Assembly (NCBI GenBank): GCA_964443855.1
Contig: CAYUEX010000001.1
Span: 1-62,127 of the forward strand
DNA: 62,127 nt
From: an uncultured Halobacteria archaeon
GTDB lineage: Archaea > Halobacteriota > Syntropharchaeia > Alkanophagales > Methanospirareceae
Reading direction: 5' to 3'
The notes below the pieces were generated by a model. The model searched no databases, had not been told where the DNA came from, and saw nothing but the letters and a program-made list of their open reading frames with translations. This document shows positions 56,431-62,127 of the stretch, piece after piece; within the stretch, counting starts at the first letter, position 1, and each line of letters begins with the position of its first letter. The position numbers and the translations under genes were made by a program.

Positions 56431-57663
56431 TTAGGCGAACATCACGCCAGCCTCTTTCTCCGTGAGGTAATCCCACTGCTTGCTTTCCTTTACCTTCTTG
56501 ATGGCGCGTTCAAATTCTTCCATTCCTATTGCTTTCTTCTTATTCCGCGCGGCAAACATGCCCGCTTCGATGGAGATTGCTTTTATATCAGCGCCCGTAG
56601 CATTCTCAGTAAGTTTCGCTAAGTTATCTAACTTAACATCTTGCTTCAGCTTCATCGAGGCGGCATGGATCTTCAATATTTCCTTCCGACCGTTCTCATC
56701 AGGTACCGGCACTTCTATGATGCGGTCAAATCGACCAGGTCGGAGCAAAGCAGGGTCAAGAATATCAGGTCTATTTGTCGCTCCTATTATCCGCACTTCA
56801 CCTCGTTGTTCAAACCCGTCTATTTCTGCTAATAGCTGCATCATTGTTCGCTGCACTTCTCGCTCACCTGAAGTTCCATCTTCAATTCTCCGTGCTGCGA
56901 TTGCATCGATCTCGTCAATGAACAAGATAGACGGGGCTTTCTCCTTCGCCAATTTGAACAGTTCTCGCACCATCCGCGCACCTTCACCAATATACTTCTG
57001 CACTAATTCAGAGCCGACAACGCGTATAAACGTGGCTGATGTGCGGTTTGCAACGGCCTTTGCAAGCAAAGTCTTCCCTGTACCCGGCTCGCCTACCAGC
57101 AGGACGCCTTTCGGTGGTATTACGCCGATACGTTCAAACCGCTCAGGCTCGGTCAGTGGAAGCTCAACGATCTCCGTTATCTCCTCTATCTGCTCGTCTA
57201 ACCCCCCGATCATTCCGTAGGTCGCTTCAGGCGATTCTATTACTTCCATGCCGTATACTGAGGGGTCTTTCGCAGCTGAAAGCACACTTACCACAGCCAG
57301 CGATTGCTGATTCAAGCCAACTTGCGCACCGGGGAAGACCTCTTTTTGGTCGATAAAATGCGAGTAATTAACAACGAATCGGGGTCCCGTACTGCTCCGC
57401 ACGACCATTTGTTTATCGTCTATTATCTCGACGACCGTGCCTATTATCAGCGGTGGTGCTCGCAACTTTTCCAGTTCTGACCGTAACTTCCGGATCTCAC
57501 TCTCGTAGCGGGTACGCATATCCTCGTAATACTGCCCTTCTCGCTCTATCCGCTCCAGTCTTTCTTTCAATTGATTATTTGCGTCCTCTAACTTCTTTAT
57601 TCTGTCCAGCAGGTACCGTGAGTATTCATCGTCTGAAGATGCACCACTATTGTTCGCTTTCAT
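56431..57663 (-). CDS. pan: Proteasome-activating nucleotidase (AAA+ ATPase)
   Basis: N-terminal coiled coil, OB domain, Walker A GEPGTGKT, Walker [10 protein letters not shown], second region of homology, and a C-terminal hydrophobic-Tyr-X-like tail. Confidence 0.92.
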   Translation of the reverse strand: MKANNSGASSDDEYSRYLLDRIKKLEDANNQLKERLERIEREGQYYEDMRTRYESEIRKLRSELEKLRAPPLIIGTVVEIIDDKQMVVRSSTGPRFVVNYSHFIDQKEVFPGAQVGLNQQSLAVVSVLSAAKDPSVYGMEVIESPEATYGMIGGLDEQIEEITEIVELPLTEPERFERIGVIPPKGVLLVGEPGTGKTLLAKAVANRTSATFIRVVGSELVQKYIGEGARMVRELFKLAKEKAPSILFIDEIDAIAARRIEDGTSGEREVQRTMMQLLAEIDGFEQRGEVRIIGATNRPDILDPALLRPGRFDRIIEVPVPDENGRKEILKIHAASMKLKQDVKLDNLAKLTENATGADIKAISIEAGMFAARNKKKAIGMEEFERAIKKVKESKQWDYLTEKEAGVMFA

Positions 57664-57729
57664 TTTGCCCCCTCTATTTATTTCTCCACTGCTTCATATA
57701 TAAATAGGGCGCGCACGATTTGAAATAAA

Positions 57730-58149
57730 ATGACTGAGTGTGAAATATGTGGTACGAAAATAGAAGGCAAGGCGCAATACGTACAAATAGGCAGTTCAAA
57801 GTTACGAGTTTGTAAAACGTGTGCACGATATGGGTCTGTTGTAGCGGAAGGTGCACAAGCACACGTCAAAACGCATATACCTCTAGGTGGTGAACACGCA
57901 CAGTTCGCTCAGGCCAGAAAGAAATTGTATGAGCGGATGGACCGAGAGATAGAAGAGGGTATGGAGATAGGAGAGGATTACGGGCGAAGGATAAAAGAGG
58001 CGAGGGAGAAAGCAGGGCTCAAACAAGCAGAACTCGCACAGAGGATAAATGAGAAGCAATCGTTGTTGCGGAAGATAGAGCACGAGGAGATACTACCCTC
58101 CGATGGAGTGCGGGTAAAAATAGAGCGTGTTTTGAACATCACACTGTAA
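57730..58149 (+). CDS. mbf1: Archaeal multiprotein-bridging-factor-1-like regulator (Zn ribbon + HTH)
   Basis: CEICG…CKTC zinc ribbon, and an XRE-type HTH IKEAREKAGLKQAELAQRINEKQSLLRKIE. Confidence 0.8.
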   Translation: MTECEICGTKIEGKAQYVQIGSSKLRVCKTCARYGSVVAEGAQAHVKTHIPLGGEHAQFAQARKKLYERMDREIEEGMEIGEDYGRRIKEAREKAGLKQAELAQRINEKQSLLRKIEHEEILPSDGVRVKIERVLNITL

Positions 58150-58611
58150 TTAAGACGGGCGTAACAGGCTGAGAAACACCATGTTTACAATCATACAGAT
58201 CGCTAGCGCAGAGACGAACGATCCGAACCCACCGATTTTATCAAACCCATAATCTATTGTCAGGTGTACACCACCGATAACCGCAACGAATGCGAACGTT
58301 GCGCAGGTACCGAAGAATAAGCCTTTAATAAGCGGTTTCAAGCTTTCTTTATTTTCTACTTTCGACTTATCTTTGCCCTTACTCTTGCTTTTGCTTTTAC
58401 TTTTCGATTCGTAAAACACGGTGAAAATGATGAAGAAGACGGCAAAGGTGAGCAAAATGAACCATTCAGGAACGGTATTGCCTTCCATTACAAAGAACAT
58501 CAAGCCAAACGCGATGTAAAGTGTGAGAAATGCGATTGCCGTTGATAAAACCAGCATTCGCAGGTATTTCTTGTAGTCTACCATCCCCTTTATCTTTGCG
58601 AGTGACTCCAT
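58150..58611 (-). CDS. Small membrane protein with a (SK)n low-complexity loop
   Basis: Four hydrophobic segments and a SKSKSKSKSKGKDKSK loop. Start trimmed to ATG 58611 to avoid overlap with the upstream gene. Confidence 0.45.
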   Translation of the reverse strand: MESLAKIKGMVDYKKYLRMLVLSTAIAFLTLYIAFGLMFFVMEGNTVPEWFILLTFAVFFIIFTVFYESKSKSKSKSKGKDKSKVENKESLKPLIKGLFFGTCATFAFVAVIGGVHLTIDYGFDKIGGFGSFVSALAICMIVNMVFLSLLRPS

Positions 58612-58624
58612 AGACGTCCACCAC

Positions 58625-59644
58625 CTAAAACTTGGCCCTTTCTTTTGATAACCTTTTTCCTTCCAAGACCGGGTTCGAATCGAATAAGAAGGCATCATAG
58701 TCCATCAGTGCCTGCCATACGGCCTTGCAATCGCACTCTATCTCGTCGAGGCGTTCTAATACGTGCAGGTCTTGCGTTACATTGAAGCGCTTTATCGCAT
58801 TGGTTATCTCACGATCGCACAAACCGCAATTATGCGGGCCTCGTTTATACCCTGCGCCGACGGGGTCGGACATCACCACGAAATTCCGCTGTTTTATCGC
58901 TTTTATCGCTTCAACGGCGCTCCAGAGCCACGGTGGCCGATAATATCCGCGTTTCCACCAATTTTCTACCGGGGTGTATTTTTGTATATTACAGAGGTTC
59001 AACGAGATGGTAGACGAATAGTTAGCGACAAGCTCGGCAGATTCAATCACGTCTTCTATCGCCTTTCTTTCTGACACAAAGGGCGGTTTGAGCAGCAGAT
59101 ACGTTTTTACCGTTGCACCACAGTCCAGCACGATTTTCGCCGCGTTTTTATAATCGTCGAACGAGAAGCCCTTTTTGATGTAGTTCGCTCTGATAAAATC
59201 ATCTGCAGTTTCTAACCCCATAGCGAGTTCAAGGTGCGCAACGCCTTGTAAATCCTCGATTTTCGCGGCATCTACAAATTCCGGTCTCGTTTCGACGATG
59301 AGTTTCCGTAAATCAGTTTGCTCGTTCAGCATTGCTGCTATCTCTTTTCTTGTTTCGTTCGCTATTTCGCGTTCGTCAAGGAAGCTGCCGGAAGTGAAGA
59401 TCTTGAGCATAAACTCTTCATCTGGACTCGTTCTTAATGCAGATTCCAGTTGGGCCAGAACGTCTGCCTGCGTGACGTCTGCGGATTCTTGCCAGAAGCT
59501 GCACATGGTGCATTTTCGCCACTGGCAGCCGACCGTGCGCAATATGATAGTCACGCTTTTTATTGCTCGCTGCTCTTCGTGAAAAAAATCGTGGTCTACC
59601 CAGGTGGCCACGGGCTTTTGCATCGAATGCTTTGGTGCGGTCAT
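58625..59644 (-). CDS. Radical SAM protein, TIGR01210/RaSEA-like (archaeosine-pathway type)
   Basis: KPVATWVDHD…SVTIILRTVGCQWRKCTMCSF resembles the N-terminal Cys region of this family as I remember it. Confidence 0.55.
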   Translation of the reverse strand: MTAPKHSMQKPVATWVDHDFFHEEQRAIKSVTIILRTVGCQWRKCTMCSFWQESADVTQADVLAQLESALRTSPDEEFMLKIFTSGSFLDEREIANETRKEIAAMLNEQTDLRKLIVETRPEFVDAAKIEDLQGVAHLELAMGLETADDFIRANYIKKGFSFDDYKNAAKIVLDCGATVKTYLLLKPPFVSERKAIEDVIESAELVANYSSTISLNLCNIQKYTPVENWWKRGYYRPPWLWSAVEAIKAIKQRNFVVMSDPVGAGYKRGPHNCGLCDREITNAIKRFNVTQDLHVLERLDEIECDCKAVWQALMDYDAFLFDSNPVLEGKRLSKERAKF

Positions 59645-59788
59645 GCTTCTATTGTACTATCTTCTAAGAGGCTAAAATAAGAAGGTCCGTCATTCTCTCT
59701 CTGCCTGCTCCAGCGAGAAAAATCGAATTGGCGTGTGAAAAGCATAAATTGGTTTGGTAGCATTCGAGGCTGTAACTTTTTGTTCCCG

Positions 59789-60304
59789 TCAGCAATCTCC
59801 CTCCACCTTTCGCTCGTAGGTCTGAACGAGCATTCCCTCACTTTGCTCCCAGGGCTCGCCCGTTTTGTAAAAGTTATACGTCTTCATCGCGCGTTCGCAG
59901 GGCTCGTTACCGATCAGTATATTCACGTAATTCACCGTACACTTGTTCACTTTGGCGAACTTCAAAAACTGCTCGTACATTGCATACGCCACGCCCTGAT
60001 TTTGATATTTTTGTAGAACTGCCTGCTGCTCGCCGTAACATCCCCGTTCTGTTATGGACGCTTTATAAACACCGACCAATTTGCCTTTTACATAAACGCC
60101 GAAGAAGAAGTAGCCGGCGTCCATCTCCCTCTTTATCTCATCATCGCTCATTGCGCGCTTCTCGCGCCATTCCTCAGGATAATCGTGCGCTTCCAGCCAC
60201 ACCGTCTTGTAAAGGGCTGAGATAGCTTTCGCATCAGCTTTGCTCAATTGCAGTACAGGATATTTCCTGCCTCGACGCGCCCCGTCTCTATCACATGATG
60301 CCAT
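59789..60304 (-). CDS. GNAT-family N-acetyltransferase
   Basis: Acetyl-CoA motif …VLQKYQNQGVAYAMYEQF…. Confidence 0.7.
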   Translation of the reverse strand: MASCDRDGARRGRKYPVLQLSKADAKAISALYKTVWLEAHDYPEEWREKRAMSDDEIKREMDAGYFFFGVYVKGKLVGVYKASITERGCYGEQQAVLQKYQNQGVAYAMYEQFLKFAKVNKCTVNYVNILIGNEPCERAMKTYNFYKTGEPWEQSEGMLVQTYERKVEGDC

Positions 60305-60352
60305 CTTTTCAAGTATGGATAATACCTTGAATGAACTACTAAGACAAAAATC

Positions 60353-60928
60353 TTAGGATTTTCGCTTCCCCGCCTCCATGAACCCTTTCTGCATTGCTAC
60401 TACTTCAGTACTGTCCTTTGCCGTCGAATACGCGAGCAGCATCTCCTCATTTAAACGCAGAAATTCGGCTCCCCAGTTGAACTTCTCCAAGAGCGATTGT
60501 GCCTGCTCTTGCTCACCGAGGATGAGCAACGCAGCGGCAAAAGCTTCTGCAGAGCTCAGAATAAACGGTTTACCGTAATTCACGGGATTCGCCGCTATCA
60601 GAAACGGTAACGCCCGCTTCTTCCGTTTCAAACGCATTAACATCTCCTCAAAAGGTGCTATCTGCTTCCAAGAGCAGTCGAAAACGGTTATGCTGCTCGT
60701 TAATGCGCGATCTGCAGGGGAGAGCGCCTGTTCCGCTATTGGCGCTAACACGATCGTTTTATACGGTATTTTCCGCATTACGGTGACTGAAGTAATCAAG
60801 CCCAACCGTGCTAATTTCCTTGCGGTGCATTTCTTCGGATCGCACTGCCCCGCATCGTACGCGTACAATCGCATTTCGCTCTTACTAATAATACCAGACG
60901 CCGTCTGAAAAGGTTTGGATGTTTTCAA
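60353..60928 (-). CDS. tsr3: 16S rRNA aminocarboxypropyltransferase Tsr3
   Basis: RLYAYDAGQCDPKKCTARKLARLGL, …TVFDCSW…, …AANPVNYGKP..LSSAEA.AAAL. Confidence 0.8.
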   Translation of the reverse strand: MKTSKPFQTASGIISKSEMRLYAYDAGQCDPKKCTARKLARLGLITSVTVMRKIPYKTIVLAPIAEQALSPADRALTSSITVFDCSWKQIAPFEEMLMRLKRKKRALPFLIAANPVNYGKPFILSSAEAFAAALLILGEQEQAQSLLEKFNWGAEFLRLNEEMLLAYSTAKDSTEVVAMQKGFMEAGKRKS

Positions 60929-61121
60929 CTCGAAACAGTGTGTGGTGTCTAAGTGTTTATAGCCCTCAAGGTTTTTGAAAAATCGGCACTAAAAAGACAC
61001 CCCCAAAATTCATCAAATCGAAAAATTTTTATGCTTTAACTATAATTTTGTTTGATAGCAAGCCTCTATCGCCTCATCCATCGAGGAGGTGAAAAGAAGG
61101 GAAGGTGAAAGAAGGAAGGTG

Positions 61122-62127
61122 ATGAAAATGAACCCTAAACCCTGGGTTTTATTGATTAGCATTATTCTGTTGGTATTCTGTGCTTTTGCTGGCATCGCTT
61201 CCGCTGCGGATATTTACGTGCCTGACCACCACGAAAGGATTCAGTGGGCGGTGGATAATGCATCCGCTGGTGATACTATTATTGTTCGGGATGGTACCTA
61301 TACCGAAAACATAAATGTGAACAAGCGTTTAACGATTCAATCAGAGAAAGGTTCAGATTCAACGATTGTTCAGGCTGCAAATCCTGATGATCATATCTTT
61401 GAGGTGACGGCGGATTATGTGAATATAAACGGGTTTACGGAGAGCGGGACAGGTTACATGAATGCTGGAATCTATCTTGACAATGCACATCACTGCAACA
61501 TCTCTGATAACATCGCGTCAAACAACTGGGTCGGCATCTACTTGTGGGATGGTTCGAGCGATAATACGCTCACAAACAATAACGCGTCGAACAACTGGGT
61601 CGGCATCAGCCTGCGTTATTCGAACAATAACACGCTGCAGAGTAACACCGCTAACTCGAACAACTACGACGGCATTTACTTGGCGTATTCGATCTACAAC
61701 ACGCTCACGAGCAACACTGCATCGCACAGCCAATACGGCATCTACTTGGTGCATTCGAGCTATAACACGCTGCAGAGCAACACCGCTAACTCAAACGACA
61801 ACCCTGGCATCGGGCTGGATTCTTCGATCTACAACACGCTCACGAACAACACCGCGTCGCACAGCCAATACGGCATCTTGTTCTACTATTCGAGTAACAA
61901 TGTAATCTACCTCAACAACTTCGTAGATAACAGCAAGAATGCATATTCTGAGAGTTCAACTAATATTTGGAACTCTCCAGAGGAGATAATCTACACCTAC
62001 AACGGCAACACTTACACAAACTACATGGGCAACTATTGGAGCGATTATAAAGGAAGCGATGCAGATGACGATGGATATGTCCCTGAATACGGATGGGTAT
62101 CTGGGCAGTTTTTCAAAATGTTTTTCT
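61122..62127 (+). CDS. Secreted right-handed beta-helix (PbH1/NosD-like) repeat protein; runs off the right edge
   Basis: Signal MKMNPKPWVLLISIILLVFCAFAGIASA. AGDTIIVRDGTYTENI. At least five tandem 22-23-aa repeats NTL.(S/N)NTAS...YGIYL..S.Y. Absent from the track because it has no stop in the window. Confidence 0.75.
   Translation, partial: MKMNPKPWVLLISIILLVFCAFAGIASAADIYVPDHHERIQWAVDNASAGDTIIVRDGTYTENINVNKRLTIQSEKGSDSTIVQAANPDDHIFEVTADYVNINGFTESGTGYMNAGIYLDNAHHCNISDNIASNNWVGIYLWDGSSDNTLTNNNASNNWVGISLRYSNNNTLQSNTANSNNYDGIYLAYSIYNTLTSNTASHSQYGIYLVHSSYNTLQSNTANSNDNPGIGLDSSIYNTLTNNTASHSQYGILFYYSSNNVIYLNNFVDNSKNAYSESSTNIWNSPEEIIYTYNGNTYTNYMGNYWSDYKGSDADDDGYVPEYGWVSGQFFKMFF

Noticed and set aside
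58375-58420. Short tandem CTTGCTTTTGCTTTTAC-type repeat.
   Set aside because: It simply encodes the SKSKSKSK low-complexity loop of the small membrane protein. It is not a regulatory repeat or an array.
58655-58690. GGGTTCGAATC string resembling a tRNA T-loop.
   Set aside because: The flanking bases do not form a T-stem (CCGGG is not followed by CCCGG). There is no acceptor or anticodon arm, and it lies inside the radical SAM coding region.
61462-61905. Track ORFs 61462-61905(+) and 61518-61754(-), and the idea that the about 66-69-nt periodic repeats could be a CRISPR-like array.
   Set aside because: The periodicity is the 22-23-residue PbH1 beta-helix repeat of the in-frame gene starting at 61122. 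The repeats are contiguous, imperfect and coding, with no spacers. The track ORFs are out of frame.

Overview
This is a 62-kb chromosomal window from a methanogen/ANME-type euryarchaeon. The gene content looks Methanosarcinales-like: Ftr, an HdrABC+MvhD operon, CofH/CofC, a PurM-like methanogenesis-marker-2-type protein and PGF-CTERM surface proteins. It also carries archaeal MCM, PAN, Cbf5, aMBF1, Rpo3, uS13/uS4/uS11 and Tsr3. Left to right the window holds: surface proteins; a FecB/FecCD/FepC-type ABC importer operon interrupted by two PflA-like radical SAM genes; proA and proB split by an A/T-rich two-gene cassette of unknown function; a MutS-like ATPase; an A/T-rich orphan gene with a HEPN/Abi-like C-terminus; a 5-gene mvhD-FeS-hdrC-hdrB-hdrA operon; a B12-radical SAM gene; and divergent tatC genes plus tatA. 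Next comes a ~15-kb island for Tat-exported molybdopterin enzymes. It contains an FdnG-type enzyme with an FeS subunit and a DmsC-like anchor, a PsrA-type enzyme with a frameshifted FeS subunit, a thioredoxin-CcdA fusion, a rhodanese-thioredoxin-PGF-CTERM fusion, a TorD-like chaperone, a polyferredoxin and an Lrp regulator. The right third is housekeeping: mcm, cofH, cbf5, an intron-containing tRNA-Ser, the ribosomal/rpoD cluster, cofC, ftr, a bacterial-type RNase III, pan, mbf1 and tsr3. It ends in a truncated beta-helix repeat surface protein. The best candidates for something undescribed are (1) the orphan two-gene cassette inserted exactly at the proB|proA junction with a duplicated junction sequence, and (2) the surface-exposed thiol/sulfur redox module between the two exported Mo enzymes. 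No CRISPR array, rRNA, transposase or integrase was seen. All calls come from reading the sequence and ORF translations by eye. No database search or computation was run, and three apparent frameshifts may be assembly errors.
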